Shown here: piece after piece, positions 10,101 through 18,517 of the stretch | How positions within the stretch are numbered: the first letter of the stretch is position 1 | Layout: every line of letters starts with the position of its first letter | Assembly: GCA_038252255.1 (NCBI GenBank) | Contig: JBBSAM010000003.1 | Coordinates: forward strand, 58,801 to 122,800 | Length of the DNA stretch: 64,000 nucleotides | Direction: 5' to 3' | Source: Acidimicrobiia bacterium | GTDB taxonomy: Bacteria > Actinomycetota > Acidimicrobiia > IMCC26256 > JAENVU01 | Translations under genes and position numbers: made by a program | Notes under the pieces: model-generated | What the model was told of the DNA's origin: nothing | The model's database searches: none | The model's input: only the letters and a program-made list of their open reading frames with translations

Positions 10101-10614
10101 GAGCTGGCGCAGCGTGCACGTGCGCCGGAACACCGGCGGCACGAAACCGGACCCGCTCGAGCTCGTCGCGCGCGGCGCGACCGCCGAGACGCGACGCTCG
10201 GACGCACTCGCCGCGCTCACGGTCGTGGTGGACCTCTACCGCCGCGGGATGCGCGAACCGATCCCGCTGTTCACCAAGCTGTCCCGCAAGCTCTTCGACG
10301 GTGACGCCACCACCAACGACTGGCTCAACCAGAGCGGCTTCGCGGAGGGCGCGCAGGACCCGCACGTGCTCGCGTTCGGGACCCTCGAGCTCCACGAGCT
10401 GCGGGCACTTCCTGCCCGGCCCGACGATCCGGTGGGCCCGGCACCCGGGCGAGCGCAACGGTTCGCCGACTCCCTGTGGAGCACGGTCGAGAGCTCCGCG
10501 CAGATCCTGGACCCCGCCACGACGGACTCGGATGCCGACGCGAGCCGGAGACCGCCGGCGGCGCCGGATGCCGAGCCGGCGGACGAGCCGCCGGTCGTCG
10601 AGGCGGCGCGATGA
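7120..10614 (+). CDS. recC: Exodeoxyribonuclease V gamma subunit RecC
   Basis: 1164 aa. The N-terminus is RecC-like (MLHLSASDRVRPLADALAGVLATPLPDP...EWVAIPTDGMLRWLQLELAR). The stop overlaps the recB ATG (ATGA at 10611-10614). Confidence 0.9.
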   Translation: MLHLSASDRVRPLADALAGVLATPLPDPMKPEWVAIPTDGMLRWLQLELARSLGATGPGRGDGVAANIEFRFPDALRRAVLDADRADGAADPWHVDHLVWAVLDVLHASRDDDRLGPLTTLPAGGTWFGRARRLADLFDRYAVRRPELIRHWNEHRDVDAAGFKLEAHDRWQPHLWRLTRACIGEPSPPERFPALLDGLRAGTLEPELPPRLAVFGITTLPGGAPFLDLAHALAQHRELHLFLLDPSPSAVATVHDFARAAHPEAELLRTDDESAAAVRHPLLRSWGRPYRERTVLLTAAEPTGWPEPLRIGDVSHDDDADARPATLLARVQADLRADVVPAGDFALAPGDHSIQVHSCHGPGRQVEVLRDAILHLLADDPTLREEDIVVLSPAIEEFAPWIESGFGTSADRTPGDGAPGRPQLAYRIADRSLRDSVPLLAALDTLLELVAGRFTASAVLEFLALAPVRTRFDLDDDAIAAIGQWITETNVRWGLDGAHREPWGVPAGYSANSWQAALDRLLMGIAVSEDDWALAAGEIAPLGVEGGDIVVAGRLADVLAHLAEIAADLERPRAAAEWCTKLLDVSDRLFSVESSQQWQQDRLRRTIADIADAAAVGDRASGVELTLADLRRLLVERLRGAPRRPDFFRGGITFSSLTPLRWLPFRVVCLLGLDEDALGTEAADGDDLAALVPRLGDRDPRAELRQTLLEAVLAARDHLVITRTGHNILTNQDVPESVPFAELRDTITATLAGSARNPFTAQVETVHPHQPFDARCFEPGALRHGPWSFDATALAGAQARARRTDETAPFLTRPLAAPADPARVITLAELQSFLNHPVKCFFARRLDVYLPREEGGLSDHLPISLGGLAEWSAAQRLIEARLDGRTSEQWARHERALGTLPAGGYGDLALARITGLVDALLSTTTALGVDPRHDDPQPIDVELPDGTRIVGAVDLRCGSERPGPARLTFSKAQPKHHVESWLDLMALVAHDPEASWRSVHVRRNTGGTKPDPLELVARGATAETRRSDALAALTVVVDLYRRGMREPIPLFTKLSRKLFDGDATTNDWLNQSGFAEGAQDPHVLAFGTLELHELRALPARPDDPVGPAPGRAQRFADSLWSTVESSAQILDPATTDSDADASRRPPAAPDAEPADEPPVVEAAR

Positions 10615-13600
10615 GCGAGCGCACGCGCTTCGAGCTCACGGGCCCGTTGCCGGTCGGTCGCGTCGCGATCGAAGCGAGTGCCGGGACGGGCAAGACCTAC
10701 ACCCTGGCCGGGCTCGCGGTGCGGTACGTGGCCGAGGCCGCGGTGCCCGTGGCCGAGCTCCTGGTGGTCACGTTCACGCGGGCGGCCGCGGCGGAGCTCC
10801 GCGATCGTGTCCGGACGCGGCTCAGCGACGCCGCGCGCGCGTTGCGCAGCAGCTCCGAGTCCTTCGACGATCCCCTGCTCGGGCACCTCGCGTCCACGGA
10901 CCGCGAGATCCGGGCGGAGCGCATCGAGGCCGCGGTCACGGATTTCGACGCCGCGACGATCACCACGATTCACGGCTTCGCCCAGCAGGTGCTCACCACG
11001 CTCGGCTCGACCGCGCCGGGCGACCTCGACGCCACCTTGGTCGACGACGCCCGCGAGCTCGTGACCCAGGTCTGCGCCGACGTGCTGGCCGCGGCCGCGG
11101 TGGCCGAGCCGCCCGTCGCCGAGGACCTGCCCAAGCTCGGTCGGCTGGTGCAGCTGGTGCTCACGGTGCTGGGCAACCCGGGCCTGGCGATCGTCCCGGG
11201 GCCCGACCCCGAAGACTCGTCGGAGCTCAGTGCCCGCTACCGGCGGCTGGTCGATCAGGCGGTCGACGAGGTGCAGCGGCGCCGGCGCGACGCCGGGACG
11301 ATGTCGTTCGACGACGTGCTGACCCAGCTCCGCGACGCGCTCCGCGACAGCCCCGCGGTCGCGGCCTCGCTCCAACGTCGTTACCGGGTGGCGCTCATCG
11401 ACGAGTTCCAGGACACCGACCCGGTGCAGTGGCAGATCTTCTCGACGCTGTTCGGCGGGGGGACGAGCCAGACGTCGCTCGTGCTCGTCGGCGACCCGAA
11501 ACAGGCGATCTACGCGTTCCGCGGCGCGAACGTGCACACCTACCTCGAGGCCGCGTACGAGCCGGGCACCGAGCGCTCGACCCTCGGCATGAACTGGCGC
11601 TCGGACCAGGCGTTGCTCGACGCGTTGGAGCACCTGCTCCACGGGGCGACGTTCGGTGATCCGCGGATCGGCTTCGTGGACGTCGAGACCGCGCCCGCGC
11701 ACGTCGCGCGCCGGCTGCAGACCGCGGCCGGCACCCCCCTCCCCGCGCTGGCCGTGCGCGCCGCGCTGGGCGCCGACCTCGAGCGCAACAAGACCCGCAA
11801 GCCGCCGCCGATCAAGGTGGACGACGCCACTCGCGCGATCGCCCGCGACCTCGCGCGCCAGGTCCAGCTCCTGCTGGAGGAGGCCTACCTCCCCGGCGGG
11901 GAGGGCGGGACGGGAGCGGACGGAGCCAGCGCGACGCAGCGGGTCCGGCCGCACGACATCGCGGTGCTCGTCGGGACCCACGCCGACGCGACCATCATGC
12001 AGTCGGCACTGCTCCGGCAGGGCATCCCCGCCGTCGCGCACCGGGGCGGCAGTGTGTTGGAGTCGCCGGCCGCGATCCAGTGGCGGTGGCTGTTGACCGC
12101 GCTCAGCCGACCCTCCGACGCGTCCCGCGCGCGCACCGCCGCGTTGTCGTGGTTCTTCGGCTGGCCCGCGGATCGCATCGACACCGCGAGCGACGAGGAC
12201 CTCGCGGGCGTGCAGGAGCGGCTCTACCGGTGGGCGGAGATCCTCGAGACGCGCGGCGCGGTGGACTTCTGCGCCCACGTCTGGTCCGAGAGCGACGTCA
12301 CCACCCGGGTGCTCGAGACGCCCGACGGGGACCGCAACCTCACCGACCTCGACCATCTCGCCCAGCTGCTCCAGGCGAGCGCGTCCGGCCACCGGCCGGG
12401 TCCGGTCGCGCTGCTCGCCGCGCTCGCGCTGCTCGAGGAGGCGAACAAGATCGAGCTCGAGAACGACGTCACCGCGCGCCGCATCGAGTCCGAAGCCGAG
12501 GCCGTACAGGTCATGACGGTGTACGCGGCGAAGGGCCTCGAGTTCCCGGTGGTGTACGTCCCGACGCTGTGGAAGAACAACTTCTCGCGCCGCGAGTGCA
12601 TCTACCAGGACCCGGACACCGGTGCCCGGACGCTGGACGTCACCAAGGCGATCACCAGGTCCGGCGTGTGGCCGAGCAAGGCAGGGGCCGAGGCGCGCAA
12701 GGAGCTCGCGGAGCGGGAGGCGGTCGGCGAGAACCTGCGGCTCCTGTACGTCGCGCTCACCCGCGCCCGGCACCAGACGGTCGTGTGGTGGAGCCGGGCC
12801 CAGGACAGCGAGGCGACCGGCCTGGCCCGGGTGCTCTTCGCCCGCGACGAGGGCGGCTCGCTCCGGCCGGACCTGTTCGAGGCGGACACGGTGCCGTTGC
12901 CGGCCGATGCCGACGCGGTGGCGTGGCTCGCACCCGTGTTCGCCCCGGTCGGCGACGCGGTGGCGCTGACCGAGACGGGCCGGGCGGACGGGGCCGTCCC
13001 GCGGTGGATCCCGGCCGACGACGCGACGACCCCCGCACAGCTGGAGCTCGCCGAGCTCGGGCGGATGCTCGAGCGGCCCCACCGGCGCTGGTCGTTCAGC
13101 GCGATCAGCGACCGCGCGCACACACTGGACCTCGACCCGGACGACGACACGCTCGGTGACTCCGGCGCGGCCGACGAACCCGCCGATCCCGAGGCGGGCG
13201 AGGCGATGGCCGGAGCCGGGACCGGGGAAGCCACCGGACCGGTCGCCGAGCTGGTCACCGATCTGCCGCTCGGCGCGGTGCCGGGCGGCACGACCTTCGG
13301 GTCCATGGTCCACGAGCTGCTCGAGCACGTGGACTTCGCCGCCGCCGACCTCGACGCGGAGCTCCAGGCGCGCATCGACGAGCGGCGGCGCTGGAGCCCG
13401 TCACCGGTGCTGGGCGAGGAGCTGCGCGCGGGCCTGCGGGCCGCGATCGAGTCGCCCCTCGGCCCGCTGTTCGACGGGCGCCGGCTCCGGGACCTGACCC
13501 GCGCCGACCGCCTCGACGAGCTGAGCTTCGAGCTGCGCCTCGGCGAGGGCGGGCGCCGGGCGACGGACCGGGACATCGGCGCGCTCATGGCCCACCACCT

Positions 13601-14105
13601 CGCCGGCGACGACCCGCTACGACCGTGGGCCGAGCGCCTCGCCGCCGGTCTCTTCGACGTCGAGCTCGCCGGCCACCTCACCGGTTCGATCGACGCGATC
13701 TTCCGGGTCACCGACACCACCGAGCTCTTCGCCCCACACCGCTTCGTCCTCGTGGACTACAAGACGAACCTGCTCGCCGAACGCGGGCAGCCGCCGCGGT
13801 CGGCCGACTACCACCCGAGCCGGCTGCCGGCCGCGATGGAGGAGCACCACTACCCGCTCCAGGCGCTGCTCTACTCCGTGGTCCTCCACCGCTACCTGCG
13901 CTGGCGCGTAGAGGGCTACGACCCCGCCGTGCACTTCGGCGGCGCCGCCTACCTCTTCCTGCGCGGGATGACTGGGGCCGGTACGCCGGTCGTGGGCGGC
14001 CAACCGCACGGTGTGTTCGGTTGGGCGGTGCCGCCCGCGCTCGTCACCGACCTGAGCGACCTCCTCGACGGCCAGCTCCTCGACGTACTGGCGGCCGGCG
14101 CATGA
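10611..14105 (+). CDS. recB: Exodeoxyribonuclease V beta subunit RecB (UvrD-type helicase plus PD-(D/E)xK nuclease)
   Basis: Walker A motif EASAGTGKTYTLAG, then DEFQDTD, and C-terminal nuclease-type sequence (LVDYKTN). The in-frame extension upstream of 10611 is Arg/Gly-rich and overlaps recC. Confidence 0.92.
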   Translation: MSERTRFELTGPLPVGRVAIEASAGTGKTYTLAGLAVRYVAEAAVPVAELLVVTFTRAAAAELRDRVRTRLSDAARALRSSSESFDDPLLGHLASTDREIRAERIEAAVTDFDAATITTIHGFAQQVLTTLGSTAPGDLDATLVDDARELVTQVCADVLAAAAVAEPPVAEDLPKLGRLVQLVLTVLGNPGLAIVPGPDPEDSSELSARYRRLVDQAVDEVQRRRRDAGTMSFDDVLTQLRDALRDSPAVAASLQRRYRVALIDEFQDTDPVQWQIFSTLFGGGTSQTSLVLVGDPKQAIYAFRGANVHTYLEAAYEPGTERSTLGMNWRSDQALLDALEHLLHGATFGDPRIGFVDVETAPAHVARRLQTAAGTPLPALAVRAALGADLERNKTRKPPPIKVDDATRAIARDLARQVQLLLEEAYLPGGEGGTGADGASATQRVRPHDIAVLVGTHADATIMQSALLRQGIPAVAHRGGSVLESPAAIQWRWLLTALSRPSDASRARTAALSWFFGWPADRIDTASDEDLAGVQERLYRWAEILETRGAVDFCAHVWSESDVTTRVLETPDGDRNLTDLDHLAQLLQASASGHRPGPVALLAALALLEEANKIELENDVTARRIESEAEAVQVMTVYAAKGLEFPVVYVPTLWKNNFSRRECIYQDPDTGARTLDVTKAITRSGVWPSKAGAEARKELAEREAVGENLRLLYVALTRARHQTVVWWSRAQDSEATGLARVLFARDEGGSLRPDLFEADTVPLPADADAVAWLAPVFAPVGDAVALTETGRADGAVPRWIPADDATTPAQLELAELGRMLERPHRRWSFSAISDRAHTLDLDPDDDTLGDSGAADEPADPEAGEAMAGAGTGEATGPVAELVTDLPLGAVPGGTTFGSMVHELLEHVDFAAADLDAELQARIDERRRWSPSPVLGEELRAGLRAAIESPLGPLFDGRRLRDLTRADRLDELSFELRLGEGGRRATDRDIGALMAHHLAGDDPLRPWAERLAAGLFDVELAGHLTGSIDAIFRVTDTTELFAPHRFVLVDYKTNLLAERGQPPRSADYHPSRLPAAMEEHHYPLQALLYSVVLHRYLRWRVEGYDPAVHFGGAAYLFLRGMTGAGTPVVGGQPHGVFGWAVPPALVTDLSDLLDGQLLDVLAAGA

Positions 14106-15985
14106 GCGCCCCTGCGCCCATCCTCGACCGCGACACGCAGGTGCTCGAGCCGTTCGTCGCGGCCGGTGTGCTCGACGCGGCGGCGGTGCACGTCGCCGGG
14201 CGGATCGCCCGCGCCGTCGGCGGCCTCGATCCCGCCGTGCTGCTGGGTGCCGCGCTGGCCACGCGCGCACCGACGTTCGGTCACGTCTGCATCGTTCCCG
14301 CGACCGTGGCCGAGTCCATCGTGCTCGACGACCCCGAACCGGTCGCGCTCGACACCCTTCCGTGGCCCGACCCCGGGGAGTGGGCGACGCGTCTCGCCGC
14401 GAGCGGCGCGGTGCGCGGCCCGGACGATCCGGGCAACGGTGTCTCGCTCCCGCTCGTCTGGGACGGCACCCGCCTCTACCTCGAGCGGTACTGGCGGTTC
14501 GAGCGCCGGGTCGCCGACGATCTGCGGCGCCGCGCCGCGACCGCGGGCGGCATCGCGGGAGCGTCGCCCGAGCTCACCGGGATCCTCGACCGGCTGTTCG
14601 ACGCCGGCGGCGGGAGCGGGCCGGATCTCCAGCGCGACGCGGCGACGATCGCGCTCACTCACCACCTCGCGGTGATCGCGGGGGGTCCCGGCACCGGCAA
14701 GACGCGCACCATCGCCCGGTTGCTCGCCGCCGCGCACCACGTCGCGCTCGCCGAGGGCCGGCCCATCGAGGTGGCGCTGGCCGCGCCGACGGGCAAGGCA
14801 TCGGCGCGCATGACCCAGGCGGTGCACCACGAGGTCGCCGAGGCGGGCGAGACCGGCCCGGTCGCGGACCAGCTGCTCGCGACCGAGGCGTCCACGCTGC
14901 ACCGGTTGTTGGGCGCGACGTCGGGCGTGGAGTTCCGCCACGACGCCGCCAACCCACTCCCCCACGACCTCGTGGTGGTGGACGAGACGTCGATGGTGTC
15001 GCTGCCGCTCATGGCCCGGCTGCTCGCGGCGGTTCGCCGGGACGCGACACTCGTGCTCGTCGGCGACCCGTACCAGCTCGCGAGCGTCGAGGCCGGCGCG
15101 GTGCTCGGCGAGATCGTCGGCCCGACCCCCGGGACGCGCGCGCACGGACCGCTGGCCGAGCGCGTCGTGCTGCTCGAACGGGTGCACCGCTTCGGTGCCG
15201 ACTCGGCGATCGCCGCCCTGGCGGACGCGGTTCGGACCGGCGACGCCGACCGCGCCCTGCGCCTCCTGGCCGGCGACGACACCGGTGATCTCACCTGGGT
15301 CGCCGCGGACGACACCCCCGGAATCGCCGCCGTCCAGCGCGACGCGGCCGCGCACGCGGTCGACGTGATCGCCGCGGCACGCGCCGGCGACGCCGAGGCC
15401 GGGCTCGCCCGCGCGGCGGCGCTGAAGGTCCTGAGCGCGACCCGGCTCGGACCGCTCGGCGCGTACCGGTGGGGGGACCGCATCGAGACGCTCGCCGGCC
15501 GGGCCATGCCGCCGGCCGCGATGCAGGGCCGTTGGTACGTCGGCCGGCCGGTCATCGTGACCCGCAACGACTACCCGAACCGCCTGGTCAACGGCGACGT
15601 CGGGCTCGTGGTCGCCGGAGCCGAACGGCCGGTGGTGGCCTTCGGCGGCGCCGAGGGGATCCGGGAGCTCGCGGTCTCCCAGCTCGACGAGATCGAGACC
15701 TGGTGGGCGATGACCATCCACAAGAGCCAGGGTTCCGAGTTCGGCCGGGTCGTGATCACGCTCCCGCCGGCCCCGTCACCGATCCTCACCCGCGAGCTCC
15801 TCTACACCGCGGTGACCCGGGCGAAGGAGCACGTCACCGTCGTGGCCTCCGAGGCGTCGCTGCGCGCCGCGATCGCCCGCCCGGTGAACCGCGCCTCCGG
15901 CCTGGCAGACCAGCTCGCCCACTCTTCAAGATCGCCGGCGCTTCCGAGATCTCCGGCGGCCGAACGGAAGGACCGCGAGCGGTAG
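14102..15985 (+). CDS. recD: Exodeoxyribonuclease V alpha subunit RecD
   Basis: GGPGTGKT, VVDETSMV, and TIHKSQGSEF...YTAVTRAK are present. There is an ATGA overlap with recB. The last ~19 codons and the TAG stop lie inside the repeat array. Confidence 0.9.
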   Translation: MSAPAPILDRDTQVLEPFVAAGVLDAAAVHVAGRIARAVGGLDPAVLLGAALATRAPTFGHVCIVPATVAESIVLDDPEPVALDTLPWPDPGEWATRLAASGAVRGPDDPGNGVSLPLVWDGTRLYLERYWRFERRVADDLRRRAATAGGIAGASPELTGILDRLFDAGGGSGPDLQRDAATIALTHHLAVIAGGPGTGKTRTIARLLAAAHHVALAEGRPIEVALAAPTGKASARMTQAVHHEVAEAGETGPVADQLLATEASTLHRLLGATSGVEFRHDAANPLPHDLVVVDETSMVSLPLMARLLAAVRRDATLVLVGDPYQLASVEAGAVLGEIVGPTPGTRAHGPLAERVVLLERVHRFGADSAIAALADAVRTGDADRALRLLAGDDTGDLTWVAADDTPGIAAVQRDAAAHAVDVIAAARAGDAEAGLARAAALKVLSATRLGPLGAYRWGDRIETLAGRAMPPAAMQGRWYVGRPVIVTRNDYPNRLVNGDVGLVVAGAERPVVAFGGAEGIRELAVSQLDEIETWWAMTIHKSQGSEFGRVVITLPPAPSPILTRELLYTAVTRAKEHVTVVASEASLRAAIARPVNRASGLADQLAHSSRSPALPRSPAAERKDRER

Positions 15986-16140
15986 ACGGCCGCCGGCGGC
16001 TCTCCAAGATCTCCGGCGGCCGAACGGAAGGACCGCGAGCGGTAGACGGCCGCCGGCGGCTCTCCAAGATCTCCGGCGGCCGAACGGAAGGACCGCGAGC
16101 GGTAGACGGCCGCCGGCGGCTCTCCAAGATCTCCGGCGGC
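15929..16140 (+). repeat. Tandem array of a 60-bp hairpin repeat (3 perfect units plus partial flanks)
   Basis: The unit is AGATCT-CCGGCGGCCG-(24 nt, core GACCGCG)-CGGCCGCCGG-CGGCTCTCCA. Units start at 15947, 16007, 16067 and 16127. Confidence 0.95.
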
Positions 16141-16304
16141 GTCCTGGCCGGTTGGGCCGGAGCGATTCACCCGATCCGGGTGACGACGCGCGGCGCGTGA
16201 GGTGGTTGAGTACGGGCGCTGGCCGTTTGGGTCTACCGTGGCCGGGCCGTGCGGAGATCCGAGGGCCGCGCCAGCTTCGAGACACGGACAAGGGAGAGCA
16301 CCAC

Positions 16305-16607
16305 ATGGGCTTGATGATGCGCCGCCGCCGTCCCCTGATGCGCGTGGCCGCGGGTGCGGCGGTCGCCGGGACGGCGTACCACATGGGCAAGAAGAACGAG
16401 CAGCAAGCGACGGTCAACGACCAGGCGCAGGCCGCGTACGCCGCGACCCAGCCGGCCCCGCCGCCACCCGCACCGGCCTACGCGCCTCCCACCCCGCCCG
16501 CGGCGAGCGGTACCGCGGACCTGGACCAGCTGGTCCAGTACCACAACTCCGGCGTGCTGAGCGACGAGGAATTCGTGGCCGCCAAGGCCAAGCTGCTCGG
16601 GCTCTGA
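16305..16607 (+). CDS. SHOCT domain-containing protein with Pro/Ala-rich linker
   Basis: AGGGAGAG RBS is present. The C-terminus (DLDQLVQYHNSGVLSDEEFVAAKAKLLGL) is SHOCT-like. Confidence 0.75.
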   Translation: MGLMMRRRRPLMRVAAGAAVAGTAYHMGKKNEQQATVNDQAQAAYAATQPAPPPPAPAYAPPTPPAASGTADLDQLVQYHNSGVLSDEEFVAAKAKLLGL

Positions 16608-16639
16608 GCCCCCGACCCAACGCATCCAAGGAGCGCACC

Positions 16640-17062
16640 GTGCCGACCGCAACGAAGGAGACCGTGCTCATCCAGGCACTGGAGGCCGCCGTCACCGGCG
16701 ACGGGAGCCGGCTGGAAGAGACGTTCACCGAAGACGTCGTCGGCTGGTCCCCCAACCTCTCCGTCACGTCGCGCGCCGAGCTGGCCGAGGAGTTCGGTGA
16801 CCGCCACGACGTGCTGTCGAACATCGTGATCTCGTTCGACGCCGTGTACCTCGTCGGAGACAACGCCATCGCCGAGTGGCGCGTCGGCGCCGACCACACC
16901 GGCACGCTGCACATCGAGGACGAGCTGCAGATCGAGCCGAGCGGCCGGCGCATCGTGCTCGCCGGGGCGACGTTCGCCGAGTTCCGGGGCGACCAGATCT
17001 GCGCCTTCCGCAACTACTTCGACGACGCAGCCTTGCTGGAGCAGCTGCTCCTCGAGGTCTGA
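16640..17062 (+). CDS. NTF2-like / SnoaL-type (ester cyclase-like) protein
   Basis: GTG start with an AAGGAG RBS. 140 aa with an NTF2-fold-like pattern (FTEDVVGWSPN...IAEWRV...FRNYFD). Confidence 0.7.
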   Translation: MPTATKETVLIQALEAAVTGDGSRLEETFTEDVVGWSPNLSVTSRAELAEEFGDRHDVLSNIVISFDAVYLVGDNAIAEWRVGADHTGTLHIEDELQIEPSGRRIVLAGATFAEFRGDQICAFRNYFDDAALLEQLLLEV

Positions 17063-17082
17063 GGCCGGCACCAGGACGATCG

Positions 17083-17529
17083 ATGGCGCCGCCGGATCTC
17101 GTGGTCGAGGACGACCCGGATCCCGCGGACGTCGCGTGGCTCGAAGCCCGGGTCGCCGACCAGACCGCGGCCGCCACCGGTCACGGTGGTGAGAGCCAGC
17201 TCGCGGTGTTCGTACGCCACGATGGCGCGATAGTCGCGGGCATCTACGGCTGGACCTGGGGTGGGTGCTGCGAGCTGCAGCACCTCTGGGTCGACGAGAG
17301 CCGCCGCGGCGAGGGCCTCGGGAGCAATCTGATCGAGGCCGCCGAGCGGGAGGCGGCGCGCCGGGGCTGCCGCCAGATGGTCCTGCTCACGCACGCCGCG
17401 AACGCCGGCCGCGCCGGGGATCGCTGGACCCGCCGCGGCTACGAGCTCGTGGGCCGGGTGGACGACTACCCGGTCGGCGATGCCGCCCTCTGGTTCCGCA
17501 AGGTGCTCTCGCCGCCGGCGGCCGCGTGA
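17083..17529 (+). CDS. GNAT family N-acetyltransferase
   Basis: LQHLWVDESRRGEGLGSNLIEAAEREAARRGC matches the acetyl-CoA binding motif. Confidence 0.8.
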   Translation: MAPPDLVVEDDPDPADVAWLEARVADQTAAATGHGGESQLAVFVRHDGAIVAGIYGWTWGGCCELQHLWVDESRRGEGLGSNLIEAAEREAARRGCRQMVLLTHAANAGRAGDRWTRRGYELVGRVDDYPVGDAALWFRKVLSPPAAA

Positions 17530-17598
17530 GACGTCCCGCCACTCACGCTGGGTCGAACCCACCCGGGCGCGCGACCACCGGCGCCTAGTCTCCCGGGC

Positions 17599-18051
17599 GT
17601 GAGCTTGCGCGATCTCCTCATCAAGGCCGGCGTCGGCATCCACAAGGCTGCGTTCCAGCTGAGCGGTGGGCGGTTGCTCAACCGGGGCTCCGGCATGCCG
17701 GTGCTCATGCTGACGACCCGCGGGCGCAAGTCCGGCCAGGCCCGCACCACGATGCTCACGAGCCCGCTGCAGGACGGCGACAACCTGGTGCTCGTCGCAT
17801 CGGCCGGGGGCAGCGACCACGACCCCGCCTGGCTCCTCAACCTGCGTGACGACCCCCAGGTCCAGATCACGATGGGCGGCAAGGCCCGGCCGATGACCGC
17901 CCGGATCGCCGACCCGGCGGAGAAGGCGCAGCTCTGGCCGCGCATCGTCGCCGACCACGCCAACTACGGCGGCTACCAGAGCAAGACCGAACGGGACATC
18001 CCCGTCGTCGTCCTCGAACCCACGACCACCGGATCGGCCACCGATGCCTGA
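17599..18051 (+). CDS. Deazaflavin (F420)-dependent nitroreductase family protein (DDN-like)
   Basis: MPVLMLTTRGRKSGQARTTML...GGSDHDPAWLLNLRDDPQVQI...YGGYQSKTERDIPVVVLEP. Confidence 0.85.
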   Translation: MSLRDLLIKAGVGIHKAAFQLSGGRLLNRGSGMPVLMLTTRGRKSGQARTTMLTSPLQDGDNLVLVASAGGSDHDPAWLLNLRDDPQVQITMGGKARPMTARIADPAEKAQLWPRIVADHANYGGYQSKTERDIPVVVLEPTTTGSATDA

Positions 18052-18511
18052 CCTCAAGGACCAGCTCCGCTCCGACCTCACGGCCGCGATGCGCGACCGC
18101 GACGAGGTGACCGTCGCGGCGCTGCGCCTGGCGCTGGCGGCCATCACCAAGCTGGAGGTGGCCGGGAAGGAGCCGGTGGAGCTCACCGACGACCAGGTCG
18201 TCGACGTGCTGCGCAGCGAGGGCAAGAAGCGCGCCGAGGCCGCCGAGCTGTACGAGAAAGGGAACCGGACCGAGCTGGCCGACCGCGAGCGCACCCAGGC
18301 CGCGGTGCTCGACCGGTACCTGCCGGCGGAGATGGACGATGCGCAGCTCGAGGCCATCGTCGCCGAAGAGGTCGAGGCGGCGCGCGGCTCCGGCGCGGAG
18401 GGCGGCAAGGCCATGGGCCAGGTGATCAAGGCGGTGCGCGCTCGCGTCGGCGCCGACGCGAACGGCAGCCGGGTTGCCGCCGCGGTCAAGTCCGCGCTCG
18501 GCCAGGGCTGA
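18044..18511 (+). CDS. GatB/YqeY domain-containing protein
   Basis: LKDQLRSDLTAAMRDRDEVTVAALRLALAAI... is typical of YqeY. It overlaps the upstream gene by 8 bp. Confidence 0.85.
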   Translation: MPDLKDQLRSDLTAAMRDRDEVTVAALRLALAAITKLEVAGKEPVELTDDQVVDVLRSEGKKRAEAAELYEKGNRTELADRERTQAAVLDRYLPAEMDDAQLEAIVAEEVEAARGSGAEGGKAMGQVIKAVRARVGADANGSRVAAAVKSALGQG

Positions 18512-18517
18512 GCCGAA

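Noticed and set aside
7864-13328. 864-aa and 1030-aa minus-strand ORFs (7864-10458 and 10236-13328)
   Set aside because: Both are antisense to recC and recB, which have clear motifs. Their composition is Arg/Gly-rich and low in complexity, and they have no RBS context.
15929-16140. CRISPR array interpretation of the 60/63-bp tandem repeats (also 23225-23385 and 43937-44087)
   Set aside because: The units are contiguous and identical, with no unique spacers between them. No cas genes are present in the window.
15802-16200. ORFs reading through the 60-bp array in several frames (e.g. 15802-16170 and 15834-16127 on minus, 15469-16200 on plus)
   Set aside because: They are open only because the repeat unit lacks stops in those frames. 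The peptides are exact 20-aa iterations with no start or RBS context.
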